This document shows, piece after piece, positions 41,184 to 51,209 of a stretch of 64,000 nt of DNA. A program made the translations under genes and the position numbers. A model generated the notes under the pieces. That model saw only the letters and a list, made by a program, of their open reading frames with translations, made no database searches and had not been told where the DNA came from. The stretch's first letter is position 1. Every line of letters starts with the position of its first letter. Source of the DNA: Nannocystis bainbridge (GTDB lineage: Bacteria > Myxococcota_A > Polyangia > Nannocystales > Nannocystaceae); contig NZ_JAQNDL010000001.1 in the NCBI RefSeq assembly GCF_028368995.1, positions 3,776,001-3,840,000 on the forward strand. The letters are read 5' to 3'.

Positions 41184-44100
41184 TCAAGGGACATGTGCGT
41201 ACAGCAACGCCAGGACACGATAGCCGGCCACCAGCTCCTCGGGAAGCCCGGACCCTGGCAGCCCGCGAGCGCGCGCCTCGGCGAACAGCTGCGCCAGCGC
41301 CAGCGAAGCGGCCGCGAACAGCGCGTCGTGCGATGCCTCCTCTGCCAGCGCGCGCTGGATCTCCGCGTTGCGGCGCCCCAGCTCCACCGACCACGCTCGC
41401 CCCTCCACGTTGCCCAGTCGCGCCGCCTGCCACGACAGGATCGCCCCCTCCACCGCCACCGGCCGCACCAGCGCCTGCTTCAACAACCCCTCGAACCCGC
41501 GCGGCCCCGCGGGCAGCCGGCGCAGCGGGTGCTGCTTCAGCGACTGCGCGCACATGTCCGCAAGGGCATGTCCTTCGATACCTGTCCGTTCGCGCATAAA
41601 CTCTGCGACAGGTGAGCCCGGCGCCGCGCAGCGCTCGCGGAACGCGTCGAGCCCGGCCCGTTGCGGCGAGCCCGGCGCGTGCAGCAGCCGCTCGCGCAGC
41701 GCCGTGCGGACCACCTCGCGGGCCAGCCCCTTCACCTGCGCCGCCAGCCGCTCGCTGCCCGCCCGCGCCCCTTCGCGCGTCAGCGCCAGGCGCCCGCCGA
41801 TCCAGTCGAGCGGCGGCGGCAGCTCGACATCGCTGATGTGCAGCCCTCCGCCCCACACCGCGATCTTGGCCGGCCCTGCCTCCACCCGCAGCGCCCCCAG
41901 GCCCAGCGCGTCGGCCACCGGCAGCACCGCCAGCGGCGGCCCGGCCCCGCCCGCGCGACGCAGCGGCGCCCGGCTCGGCCGCGCGTGCATCGTCGCCGTC
42001 CCCGTCGCCGCCGCCGCCAGCGGGTGCCCGGCCGCGTGCAGCAGCCGCGCCTCGCCCGGCGTCACCAGCAGCACCGGCCCCGCCAGCGCCCGCGTCCCCG
42101 ACCCCGGCGGCAGCAGCCCCAGCCCCTCCGTCCGCGCGTCCGAGCGCGACACCATCCGCACCGGCTCGAGCGTGCGCGGGTCGTAGCGGATCCACAGCGG
42201 CGCATCGATCACCTCCGCCACCGGCAGCCCCAGCCCCTCCGCCACCAGCAGGTGCGCCCGCAGCTCCGCCCGCAGCCGCGGCGGCTTCGGCGATGCCAGC
42301 GCCTGCTCGATCGCACCTGGCCCGAGGACCAGCCGCCGCTGCGCCTCCGCCGGCCCCGGCAGCAGGTGCCCCTCCGGCGTCGTCGGCATGTCCCAGAGGA
42401 CAGCTGCCCCGATCACCCGCTCGCACAGCGCCCGGCCCTCGCGGCTCAGCGCCCACGGCTCGTGGAGTGGGTCGCGCGAGCGGAAGGTCGTCCAGCGCTG
42501 CTTCGGATCTTCGACCACGATCCCGCCGACCTCGCGGCAGCGGACCAGCGCCTGCTGCAGCGTCACTGGCTGCCCCGCCATGTCGTGCCCGACCTTCAGC
42601 GCCAGCAGCGGTGACTCGTCCCACGCCAGCTCCGCCAGCTCCGCCCCGCCCGGCTCGCGCCGCGGCCGGTAGCGCACCGCCAGCCCTGCCCCCGTCAGCG
42701 CCCCCGCCTGCGCCCGCACCAGCGGCAGCTCCCACGGGCTCTCGTGGGCCAGCGCCGGCGCCAACAGCCCGGCGATCGCCCGCTGCGCCGCCGCCTTGCA
42801 GCTGTCCGCGATCGCGTTCAAGAGCCCCTTCTCGGCCCGCAGCCCGTCGATCGTCAGCGCCTCGGGCGTCTCGCCGACCAGCTTGGCCACCAGCGTCACC
42901 CCGGCGATCGTGCGCCCCGCCTCGCGCACGTGGGCCACCCGCCGCTCGTGGAACAGCAGCGCGATCGCCCCCTCCTCGGCCGACGCGAACCGGTGCACGA
43001 ACGCCTCCAGCGTCAACTGCACCCGCCCCGCCGGCGTCATCACGCTCGCCTCCGGCCCCATCGCCACCTGGCTCGAAGGCAATGAACTTTTGAACAGGTT
43101 TGAAAGGTCAGCTCGCTCGAACTGCGGGCTCTCGCCGAGCGCTCGCGCCGGCACCGGCCGCGCCTCTGGGATCGCCTTCTGCAGCAGCGCCAGCTCCGAC
43201 GGCCACAGCGCGAACACCCGCGCCCGGATCGCCTCCGGCACCGACGACGCCTGATGCGGCCACACGTACACCAGATCGCGGCCCTGACGGCAGCGCTGCG
43301 CCACCTGCTCGAGCGGCGCCGGCCGGCCCGACACTGTCGGCACGTGGCGCAGCTCGCTCGGCCACTGGACCGCGAACCCGGCCGCGCTCGTGTCCGGGAA
43401 GCTGTGCGCCCGCGCGTCGAGCAGCCACGCCGCCAGCAGCTCGCAGCCGGCGTCGATCGCCACCGACGCCTCGTCCGCCGTCAGCCGGATCCGCGGACAA
43501 TCGATCCACCCCGCGAACTCGGCCGGCGTCAGCCCCAGGCGGGTCAGCGCCGGCGCCAGCGACACCAGCCGCACCCCCTCGCGCACCAGCCATGGCCCGC
43601 CCTGCTGCGGCGCCCAGCCCCACGTCCCGATCGGCGCCTCGGCGGTCCCGAGCGCCACCTCGAGCCCCGGCAGCGGCCGCCCCAGCCGGAGCCACGAGCT
43701 CGCCTTCTCGCTCGGCTCCGCCCCCGGCAGCGCCGCCAGCCACAGCTCCGTCAGCGCCGCCTCCGCGCTCGCCTGGCGCGCCAGCCAGCTCGTCAGCCGG
43801 CGCCCGAAGCCCGGCCGCGGCCACTGCAGCTCGACCTCGAACGCCTGCGGCAGGCAGCGCCCCGCCGACCGCTGCTCGCCGTACGGATCCTGCCCCGCCG
43901 CGAAGCTGTCCTTACGGACATATCGCACCGCCCCCGCCGAAGTCCGCACCTCGACCGCCACCGGCGACCCTGCCAGCGCCTCGTTGACCCCCGCTCCGAC
44001 CAGCCGGCGCCACGCCGCGAACTGCCCCATCGCACATGTCCCTTCGGACATGTCCGAATCACCCTCCGCCGCCGCCAGCACCAGCCCGCGCAGGTCGACC

Positions 44101-44384
44101 CCCGTGAAATCGAAGCCGCCCGTCGCGAACGTCAGCGTCAGCGTGCGCAGCTCGCCCTGCTCCTGCTCCTTGGCGAAGCCACGCGCCCCGCTGGCCACCG
44201 CGTTGGCCGCCCGCACCAGCGGCTGCGTGAAGTGCCACGCCCCTGGCCGCGGCAGCTCGCGCAGGCGCAGCACCGCCTCCGTGCGCGCCACCGTGAACGC
44301 CCGCAGCGCCCCGCCCTCGCCCTCGCCCCGGCGGATCCGCGCCAGCGCCAACGCCACGCTCGGGTGCAGCTCGCTCATCCGCAC
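41184..44384 (-). CDS. Large hypothetical protein with a degenerate HSP90/GHKL-like N-terminal region
   Basis: Long high-GC3 ORF; LVRAANA and LVGAGVNEAL segments, plus WIDCPRIRLTADEASV resembling WADSPNLRTTMARDKV of 45208-46857. Confidence 0.6.
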   Translation of the reverse strand: MRMSELHPSVALALARIRRGEGEGGALRAFTVARTEAVLRLRELPRPGAWHFTQPLVRAANAVASGARGFAKEQEQGELRTLTLTFATGGFDFTGVDLRGLVLAAAEGDSDMSEGTCAMGQFAAWRRLVGAGVNEALAGSPVAVEVRTSAGAVRYVRKDSFAAGQDPYGEQRSAGRCLPQAFEVELQWPRPGFGRRLTSWLARQASAEAALTELWLAALPGAEPSEKASSWLRLGRPLPGLEVALGTAEAPIGTWGWAPQQGGPWLVREGVRLVSLAPALTRLGLTPAEFAGWIDCPRIRLTADEASVAIDAGCELLAAWLLDARAHSFPDTSAAGFAVQWPSELRHVPTVSGRPAPLEQVAQRCRQGRDLVYVWPHQASSVPEAIRARVFALWPSELALLQKAIPEARPVPARALGESPQFERADLSNLFKSSLPSSQVAMGPEASVMTPAGRVQLTLEAFVHRFASAEEGAIALLFHERRVAHVREAGRTIAGVTLVAKLVGETPEALTIDGLRAEKGLLNAIADSCKAAAQRAIAGLLAPALAHESPWELPLVRAQAGALTGAGLAVRYRPRREPGGAELAELAWDESPLLALKVGHDMAGQPVTLQQALVRCREVGGIVVEDPKQRWTTFRSRDPLHEPWALSREGRALCERVIGAAVLWDMPTTPEGHLLPGPAEAQRRLVLGPGAIEQALASPKPPRLRAELRAHLLVAEGLGLPVAEVIDAPLWIRYDPRTLEPVRMVSRSDARTEGLGLLPPGSGTRALAGPVLLVTPGEARLLHAAGHPLAAAATGTATMHARPSRAPLRRAGGAGPPLAVLPVADALGLGALRVEAGPAKIAVWGGGLHISDVELPPPLDWIGGRLALTREGARAGSERLAAQVKGLAREVVRTALRERLLHAPGSPQRAGLDAFRERCAAPGSPVAEFMRERTGIEGHALADMCAQSLKQHPLRRLPAGPRGFEGLLKQALVRPVAVEGAILSWQAARLGNVEGRAWSVELGRRNAEIQRALAEEASHDALFAAASLALAQLFAEARARGLPGSGLPEELVAGYRVLALLYAHVP

Positions 44385-44436
44385 GCCCTCGCTCGCCGCC
44401 CCGCCACGGCCGTCAGTCTACCGCAACTCCGCCCCG

Positions 44437-45144
44437 TCACTCGCACACGAGCGGCCCGGCCACGCACTTGAGCTGCTGCGTATCGACGAGGATATACGGT
44501 CGCAGGCACCCCCACGCCGCGCTCGCCGTGTTCTGCCCCCTGCAGAGGGCGAACACCTTCCCTGACTCCAGCCATAGCGCCGCCTCGGCGTACTCATAAT
44601 TAAAGTCCTCGACCACCTCCCGGCGCGAGATCACGAACTCGCCCGCGATCTCGAGCGTCACTCGATCGGAGCCGAGCACCGGCCAGCTCAGCTCGAACGA
44701 GACCTCGCCGATCACGCGGTCGCGCAGCGCCTCGATCAGGCAGTGGACCCGCGACAGATCTTCCGTGCTGACCGTCTCTTCCGACTCCGGCGGGCCCTCG
44801 AACGAGAACAGCCCCGCGACCCCGTTCGACGGGCACACCACCGTCGTGTGGCCGCACGTGAACTGGACCGGCAACCCCTCCTCTTCCGGGCGCTCGGACG
44901 TCTCGAACTCGAGGCACGACCCGCCGGTCGTCGTATCACTCGTCGTCGTATCACTCGTCGACGTCGTGCTCGTCGGCGCCGTGCTCGTGTTCGTGCCCGT
45001 GCCCGTGCTCGTCGTCGTGCTCGAGGTCTCCGTCGTCCCGTCCGTCGTCGTCGTCGCCGCCGGCAGCGGCCCGCAGGCCAACCCGCTCCCCATCAACGTA
45101 CCGACGAGCATCACCAGGTTCGACCTCTTCGCGATCGTGTGCAC
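44437..45144 (-). CDS. Hypothetical Cys-containing lipoprotein with Thr-rich linker
   Basis: GLAC lipobox, T-rich stretch; start uncertain (45144 GTG or 45111 ATG). Confidence 0.6.
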   Translation of the reverse strand: MHTIAKRSNLVMLVGTLMGSGLACGPLPAATTTTDGTTETSSTTTSTGTGTNTSTAPTSTTSTSDTTTSDTTTGGSCLEFETSERPEEEGLPVQFTCGHTTVVCPSNGVAGLFSFEGPPESEETVSTEDLSRVHCLIEALRDRVIGEVSFELSWPVLGSDRVTLEIAGEFVISRREVVEDFNYEYAEAALWLESGKVFALCRGQNTASAAWGCLRPYILVDTQQLKCVAGPLVCE

Positions 45145-45207
45145 GGTCCCGCGACTGTCGCACGCCCCAACTCCGCGCGCCATCTTGCGACCTCGCGCAG
45201 CGCGACC

Positions 45208-46857
45208 TCAGCCCGCCCGGCCGAGCCCTGCGTCGATCGCCTCTGCCACCCGCTCCGGCGGAGGCCCCTCGCTCAGCTGCGCGCGGATCGCCAGCGCCAG
45301 CCCGCGTCCCGCCGCTCGCGGCTCGGCCGGATGGCTCTTCGCCGCCGCCCGCAGCAGTGGTTCACCGGCGTCGAGCCACAGCGGCGTCGCCCGCCAGCAC
45401 GCCCCCGCCAGCGGCTGACCTGTCCACAAGACCAGCACCCCCTCCGGGCTGCGGCCCAGCTCCACCCCCACGCCGCCGCGCGGCGACTCGCTGCCTGGCT
45501 CCGTCCCCACCCGCAGCTGCACCGGCGCCCCCGCGGCCTGCAGCCCGGCCTCGACCGCCGCTCGCAGCGGCTCTGCCTCGCCCGCCGCCTCGCCGACCAG
45601 CGCGCAGCAGCGGCCGAGCTCGGCCAGCGTCAGACCTGTCCCTTCGACCAGGCGCCCCAACCACTCGAGATCGCCCGCCTCCGCCGCCAGCACCGGCACC
45701 CCGGCCGCCCCGGCCGCCGCCAGCAGCCGCTCCGTCGCCGCCTCGTTCGTCCCCGGCGGCGCCCACAGCAGCGGCCGCCCTGCGGCTTGCAGCTGCCCCA
45801 GCGTCAGCGCCCGCCCCCCTGCCAGGTCGCGCAGCACCGGCCGCCCGCTTAGGCTCGCGCCGAGGTGGCCGCGCTCGCGGGCCAGGTGCGCGTGCAGGTA
45901 CGCGTAGTGGTCGTGGCGCGCGCGCGTCCACGGCCCCGGCTCGGCCGCCGCCTCGGCTGTCCTTTCGACCAGGCGCTCGCGCAGCCCCGCGATCGCCTGC
46001 GCGATCTTCCCCAGCACCGCCGCGCGGCCCGGGTCGTCGACCACCTTGTCGCGCGCCATCGTCGTGCGCAGGTTCGGCGAGTCGGCCCAGACTTGCAGGT
46101 GCTCGAGCGTCGGCCCTGGCGGCGGCTGCAGGTCGGCCAGCAGATCCGCGGCTGTCCCTTGAGACAGCACCAGACCGCGCCGCAGCATCACCGCCGCCGG
46201 CGGGACCGCGAACGCCACGTGGATCGCCCCGTCGGCCTGGGCCTCCACCGCCGCCAGCGCCCCTGGCGGCGCCGGAGCGTCCTGGATCAGCTCCGGACCC
46301 TCGCCGCCGGCCACGTCCTCGAACGACAGCTCGAGCCTGCAGAACCGGCACCAGCGCCACAGGCTGTCGCGCACCGCCTCGGCGATCGGGCCGCGCTCGG
46401 GCGCCCGGCCGCGGCGCAGCAGCGTCACCGTCGTGCCCTCGAACGGCTCCGCCAGCGCGCGCTTGTCGAACCGGCGGTCGGCGTAGAACGTCAGCTCCCA
46501 CGCCTCGCCCGCGCGGCCCGTCTGGACCACCACCGCCTCGGGCTGCCACGCGAACACGCTGACGAAGCCGATGCCGAACCCGCCGGCCATCGTGCGGTCG
46601 TCGGCCTTGGTCGACGCGAACAGCCGCGTCAGCCCGCCGTCGACGATCGCCTCGTCCATGCCCGCGCCGGCGTCGGCCACCCGCAGCTCGAACACCACCT
46701 CGTCGGGGTCGGCCGACTCGCCCGGGTGGACGTCGAGCGCCACCTCGGCGCGGTCGCTGCCCGCGTCGAGGGCGTTCTGGACCAGCTCGCGCAGGAAGTC
46801 GTACGGCCCCTCGAACTGCGCGACCAGTCGGTCGAGCAGCGCGGCGACGTCGCTCAC
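45208..46857 (-). CDS. HSP90-like GHKL ATPase
   Basis: FLRELVQNALDA (N box), DAGAGMD (G1), GGFGIGFVSVF (G2), GTTVTL. Confidence 0.85.
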   Translation of the reverse strand: MSDVAALLDRLVAQFEGPYDFLRELVQNALDAGSDRAEVALDVHPGESADPDEVVFELRVADAGAGMDEAIVDGGLTRLFASTKADDRTMAGGFGIGFVSVFAWQPEAVVVQTGRAGEAWELTFYADRRFDKRALAEPFEGTTVTLLRRGRAPERGPIAEAVRDSLWRWCRFCRLELSFEDVAGGEGPELIQDAPAPPGALAAVEAQADGAIHVAFAVPPAAVMLRRGLVLSQGTAADLLADLQPPPGPTLEHLQVWADSPNLRTTMARDKVVDDPGRAAVLGKIAQAIAGLRERLVERTAEAAAEPGPWTRARHDHYAYLHAHLARERGHLGASLSGRPVLRDLAGGRALTLGQLQAAGRPLLWAPPGTNEAATERLLAAAGAAGVPVLAAEAGDLEWLGRLVEGTGLTLAELGRCCALVGEAAGEAEPLRAAVEAGLQAAGAPVQLRVGTEPGSESPRGGVGVELGRSPEGVLVLWTGQPLAGACWRATPLWLDAGEPLLRAAAKSHPAEPRAAGRGLALAIRAQLSEGPPPERVAEAIDAGLGRAG

Positions 46858-46869
46858 GCTCGCCCGACC

Positions 46870-46911
46870 TGTCGTTTGGGACCTGTCCGTGAGAACATGT
46901 CCTCAGTCACT
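46870..46911. repeat. Three-unit TGTC-N6-GACA array
   Basis: TGTC GTTTGG GACC TGTC CGTGAG AACA TGTC CTCAGT CACT. Confidence 0.75.
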
Positions 46912-47450
46912 CATGTCTCTTCGGCCAGCAGCGCCGCCAGCTCCGGGTCGGCCGCCAGCAGGCCGCGCACGTCGCCGGCGATGTCGAGCTCGAGCGGCGA
47001 GTTGACGGCCGGGCGCCCGCGCAGGCCCCAGATGCGCTTCGACTGGTAGCGGACCGCCCCGAGCGGGTCGCCGTGCAGCATGATGCAGCTGTCGAGGCCG
47101 GCGTCCGGCTCGCACGTCTCGGTGCGGATCTTCACGGACTTGTCGTCCTGCAGCAGGCGCATGTGGGCCCGGCCCTCGTGCTCGTCGGGCTGCCACTCGA
47201 ACAGCTCGAACGAGCCCCGCAGCAGCGAACCCTTGTAGAGCGCGCCGAATTGGCGCCGGCCGCGGGCCTCGAACACCACCAGGGCGCCGACGGTGTCGCC
47301 CGCCTTCTTGGGCACCTGGGTCAGCCACACGCGGTTCGTGAGCGGCAGCCGGTCCTCGGCGTCCTCTCCGCCGCACGCGGCCATGGGTGTCAGGGAGACC
47401 CCGAAAAGCGCCAGGGTCGCAGTTTGCAGAGTGCGCGTAAAGCTGGTCAC
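46911..47450 (-). CDS. Hypothetical lipoprotein
   Basis: MAAC lipobox; LTNRVWL; coding-like codon bias. Confidence 0.65.
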   Translation of the reverse strand: MTSFTRTLQTATLALFGVSLTPMAACGGEDAEDRLPLTNRVWLTQVPKKAGDTVGALVVFEARGRRQFGALYKGSLLRGSFELFEWQPDEHEGRAHMRLLQDDKSVKIRTETCEPDAGLDSCIMLHGDPLGAVRYQSKRIWGLRGRPAVNSPLELDIAGDVRGLLAADPELAALLAEET

Positions 47451-47458
47451 GGTGCGCT

Positions 47459-48628
47459 ATGGTCGCAACAGTCATGGTTCGTCGCAAGCGTTCCGCAACA
47501 GTTCCCTGCTTTGGCCCGTTGCTCGTGCTCGGGGCCGCTATCGCGGCAGCCGGCTGCGAAGGAGGCGCCGGCAAGGCCTCCCCAACTCCTGCCGTCGCGA
47601 GCAAGTCCGAGAGCAAGTCCGACGCGCCCAAGAAGAAGGCGAGCCGGCCGGTGCCCTCGGCCGCGCAGCTGCTCGATACCGCCAAGAAGTACTTCGCGCC
47701 GCTGCCCGCCTCCGCTGATTCGCCGAACAACCCGATCACCCTCGAGAAGGTCGCGCTCGGCCGGATCCTCTACTACGACACGCGCCTGTCGAAGAACCAC
47801 GACCTGTCGTGCAACAGCTGCCACAAGCTCGACGAGTACGGCGTCGACCACGAGGCGACCTCGCCCGGCCACAAGAAGCAACGCGGCGAGCGCAACACCC
47901 CGACCGTCTACAACGCGGCCATGCACATCGCCCAGTTCTGGGACGGCCGCGCCACCGACGTCGAGGACCAGGCGCTCAAGCCGGTGACGAACCCGGTCGA
48001 GATGGCGCTGGCCGACGAGGCCGCCTGCGTCAACTCGGTCAAGTCGGTGCCCGGCTACGCCGACCTGTTCAAGGCCGCCTTCCCGGCCGACCCCGACCCC
48101 TGCAACCCGCGCAACATCTCGCTGGCGATCGGCGCCTTCGAGCGCGGCCTGGTCACCCCCGCGCCGTTCGACGACTTCCTGGGCGGCAACATGACCGCGC
48201 TCAGCTCCGACGCCCTCCGCGGCCTCGAGCTGTTCATCGAGCTCAACTGCGTCAGCTGTCACACCGGCCCGACGCTCGGCGGCACGATGTACCAGAAGCT
48301 CGGCGCCGTGAAGCCGTACGAGTCGAAGGACGTCGGCCGCTTCAAGGTCACCAACAAGCCCGAGGACAAGTTCGTGTTCAAGGTCCCCGGCCTGCGCAAC
48401 GTCGCCAAGACCGCGCCCTACCTGCACGACGGCTCGGCCAAGGAGCTCGGCGACGCGCTCGACGTCATGGCCGAGTACCAGCTCGCCAAGGGCAAGCTTT
48501 CGGACGAGGAGAAGACCTACCTGATCGCCTTCCTCGACAGCCTCACCGGCAAGATCGACATGGACTACATCAAGCTGCCGGACCTGCCGATCAGCGGCCC
48601 CGACACCATCAAGCCCGACCCGAACTGA
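47459..48628 (+). CDS. Di-haem cytochrome c peroxidase, lipoprotein
   Basis: LGRILYYDTRLS, CNSCH, RNTPTVYNA, QFWDGRA, CVSCH, FKVPGLRNVA.TAPYLHDGS. Confidence 0.92.
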   Translation: MVATVMVRRKRSATVPCFGPLLVLGAAIAAAGCEGGAGKASPTPAVASKSESKSDAPKKKASRPVPSAAQLLDTAKKYFAPLPASADSPNNPITLEKVALGRILYYDTRLSKNHDLSCNSCHKLDEYGVDHEATSPGHKKQRGERNTPTVYNAAMHIAQFWDGRATDVEDQALKPVTNPVEMALADEAACVNSVKSVPGYADLFKAAFPADPDPCNPRNISLAIGAFERGLVTPAPFDDFLGGNMTALSSDALRGLELFIELNCVSCHTGPTLGGTMYQKLGAVKPYESKDVGRFKVTNKPEDKFVFKVPGLRNVAKTAPYLHDGSAKELGDALDVMAEYQLAKGKLSDEEKTYLIAFLDSLTGKIDMDYIKLPDLPISGPDTIKPDPN

Positions 48629-48647
48629 TCGGAACGTCGCGCCCGCC

Positions 48648-48690
48648 GAGTCCCGCGCAGCAGCCCATGCCGCGCGGGACTCTTCGTCTT
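48648..48690 (+). terminator. Intrinsic terminator after the peroxidase gene
   Basis: GAGTCCCGCGC...GCGCGGGACTC stem followed by TTCGTCTT. Confidence 0.55.
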
Positions 48691-48950
48691 CGTGGCATCG
48701 GCCCGGCCGACGGGCCGCCGGCGAGCCTGCAGCGACCCGCTGCAACCGGTTCGATCACGCGCGTCGCCACCGAGGACATACCCTGTCCTCGAGGACACAT
48801 TGTTCATCGCCCCTGGACGCGGGCCCGCAGCCCGCGAGCCCGAGCCCGTCCGCGCGACATGTCCCTTCGAACATATGCCATCCATGCCGTGACCGCGGCA
48901 TCGCTGTCACACTTGACCCCCCTCGCCCGGCCGGCTAACCCCGTCCTGGT

Positions 48951-49565
48951 ATGCGTTCCCTTATTTTTGGCTTCTCCGCGCTCCTCCTCCTCGCCGCCGC
49001 CCCGGCCTCCGCCGCCGAGTTCGTCACCACCAGCGACACCGACTTCGAGCCACCCTCGGTCGTCATCGTCTCGCCCGCCGACGGCAGCAGCTTCGACGGC
49101 ACGCCCGACGCCGTCGTCCCCGTCACGATCGAGCATCAGGGCTACCCGAGCCCGACCGACGTCTCGCTGTGGATCGACGAGGCCGAGGTCGGCGCCTGCC
49201 CCGAAGCGCCGCCGTGCACGTTCGAGGCGACCCTGGCCCCCGGCACCCACGTGCTGAAGGCCGTCGGCAACGACGTCATCGCCGGGACCGACGTCCACGA
49301 GATCACGATCGAGGTCAAGGCCACCAGCGCCGAGACCGAGTCCGGCAGCGACACCGACACCGACCCGACCGGCCAGCCCACCGGCACCGGCGCCGACACC
49401 GACGCCACCGACACCGACGCCACCGACACCGAGAGCGACAGCAGCGGCAGCGGCGACGGCGACAAGCAGGGCTGCGGCTGCAACGCCGGCCCGGGCGCCG
49501 CCGACGTGCTGGGCCTGGCCCTGTTCGCCCTGTTCGCCCCGTGGCGCCGCCGGCGTCACGCCTGA
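48951..49565 (+). CDS. Secreted Ig-like-domain protein with MYXO-CTERM sorting signal
   Basis: Signal peptide, PPSVVIVSPADG Ig motif, acidic linker, GCGC-TM-RRRR tail. Confidence 0.8.
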   Translation: MRSLIFGFSALLLLAAAPASAAEFVTTSDTDFEPPSVVIVSPADGSSFDGTPDAVVPVTIEHQGYPSPTDVSLWIDEAEVGACPEAPPCTFEATLAPGTHVLKAVGNDVIAGTDVHEITIEVKATSAETESGSDTDTDPTGQPTGTGADTDATDTDATDTESDSSGSGDGDKQGCGCNAGPGAADVLGLALFALFAPWRRRRHA

Positions 49566-49580
49566 GCGCCAGGACGAGCC

Positions 49581-51209
49581 ATGCGATCCGCGAGCGCCAG
49601 CTCCGACTCGACCCGCCGCGCCACCGAGCGAGCGCCCGGGCACGGCGAGCGCGCAGCGATCGGCCTCCTGCTGCTCGGCATCTTCGCGGTCGCCTGCGCG
49701 CCCGAGCCCGCGGCGCCACCTGTCCCCGAGGCCATGGTCCGCCGCCTCACCGCCTTCGAGTACGCCAACACCGTGCGCGACGTCCTCGGGGTCGAGGCAT
49801 CACTCGCGCGCGAGTTCCCCGGCGATCCGCCAGCGCTCGGCTTCGACACGGTGGCGACCTCGCAGCCCCCCTCTTCGCTGCTGGTCCAGATCTTCCAACA
49901 CTCGGCGGAGTCGATCGCCGACGCGACCCTGCGCTCCGAGTCGGCCCGGGCGGCGCTGCACGTGTGCACGCCCGCGCCCGCCGATCCGTCGCCGTGCCTG
50001 CGCGCGATCGTCGAGTCGCTGCTCACGCGCGCGTGGCGGCGCCCGCCCGAACGCGCCGAGCTCGAGCGCTACTTGGCCCTCATCGAGCCCGCCGAGCTCG
50101 ACGCCGGCCTGCGCCTCGTGATCGAGGCCGCCTTGCTGTCGCCGCAGTTCACCTTCCGCTGGGAGCGCGACGCCGGCGCGCCGGGCGAGTCGCACTGGCT
50201 CGACGACCACGCCCTCGCCGTGCGCCTCTCCTACTTCCTGTGGAGCAGCGCGCCCGACGACGAGCTGCTGGCGCTGGCCGTCGTCGGCCGCCTGCAGGAC
50301 GCGTCGGTGCTGGCCGAGCAAGTCGAGCGCATGCTCGCCGACCCACGCGCGGCCGGCTTCGTCGACGGCTTCGCCGGCCAGTGGCTGCACTTCCGCGGCC
50401 TCGACGACATCTTCCGCGACGCCCACCGCTACCCGCGCTACGACGAGGCCGTGCGCGACTCGATGCGCGAGGCGATGCGCCGCCGCTTCCGCGAGTTCCT
50501 GGTCCCCGGCCGCGACCTCCGCGACCTGCTGCTCGACACCCACGCCCACGTCGACGCCGAGCTGGCCGCGCTCTACTACCTGCCCGACGAGGTCGCCGTC
50601 GGAGAATTCACGCGCATCGACCTCGGCCCGCACAAGCGCCGCGGCCTGCTCACCGAGCCAGGCCTGATGACCGTGCTCGCCTATCCGTTCGCCAGCGCCC
50701 CGACCCGCCGCGGCCGCTTCGTGCTCGAGCAACTGCTGTGCTCGCCCCTACCGCCGCCCCCGCCCGAGGCCGCCGCCCAGCCGGTGAGCGACGCCAGCAC
50801 CGCCCGCGAGCGCCTCGCCCACCACCGCGCCGATCCGGCCTGCGCCGGCTGCCACGCGATCCTCGACCCCATCGGCCTCGCCTTCGAACACTTCGACGCC
50901 GTCGGCGCCTGGCGCGGCAGCGAACACGGCGAGCTCATCGACGCCGCCGGCGAGCTGCCCACCGGCGAGCGCTTCGCCGACGTCCGCGAGCTGGCGGCGA
51001 TCGTCGCCGACGACCCCCGCTTCCCCCGCTGCGTCGCCACTCATGTCCTGACCTACGCCCTCGGCCGCCCGCTGGTCGCCGAGGACCAACCCGTCCTCTC
51101 GAACATTTATAAAAAGTTCATCGCCGCCGACCGCGACCTGGTCGCGCTGATCGTGGCCGTGGTCCAGAGCGATCCGTTCCGGGCCCGCCGCGCCCAGGAG
51201 GCCCCATGA
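49581..51209 (+). CDS. DUF1587/1592/1595/1588/1585 (PSD) c-type cytochrome-like protein
   Basis: RRLTAFEYANTVRD, LLSPQF, RLSYFLWSSAPD, PTRRG, CAGCH, DPIGLAFEHFDAVG, LTYALGR. Confidence 0.88.
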   Translation: MRSASASSDSTRRATERAPGHGERAAIGLLLLGIFAVACAPEPAAPPVPEAMVRRLTAFEYANTVRDVLGVEASLAREFPGDPPALGFDTVATSQPPSSLLVQIFQHSAESIADATLRSESARAALHVCTPAPADPSPCLRAIVESLLTRAWRRPPERAELERYLALIEPAELDAGLRLVIEAALLSPQFTFRWERDAGAPGESHWLDDHALAVRLSYFLWSSAPDDELLALAVVGRLQDASVLAEQVERMLADPRAAGFVDGFAGQWLHFRGLDDIFRDAHRYPRYDEAVRDSMREAMRRRFREFLVPGRDLRDLLLDTHAHVDAELAALYYLPDEVAVGEFTRIDLGPHKRRGLLTEPGLMTVLAYPFASAPTRRGRFVLEQLLCSPLPPPPPEAAAQPVSDASTARERLAHHRADPACAGCHAILDPIGLAFEHFDAVGAWRGSEHGELIDAAGELPTGERFADVRELAAIVADDPRFPRCVATHVLTYALGRPLVAEDQPVLSNIYKKFIAADRDLVALIVAVVQSDPFRARRAQEAP

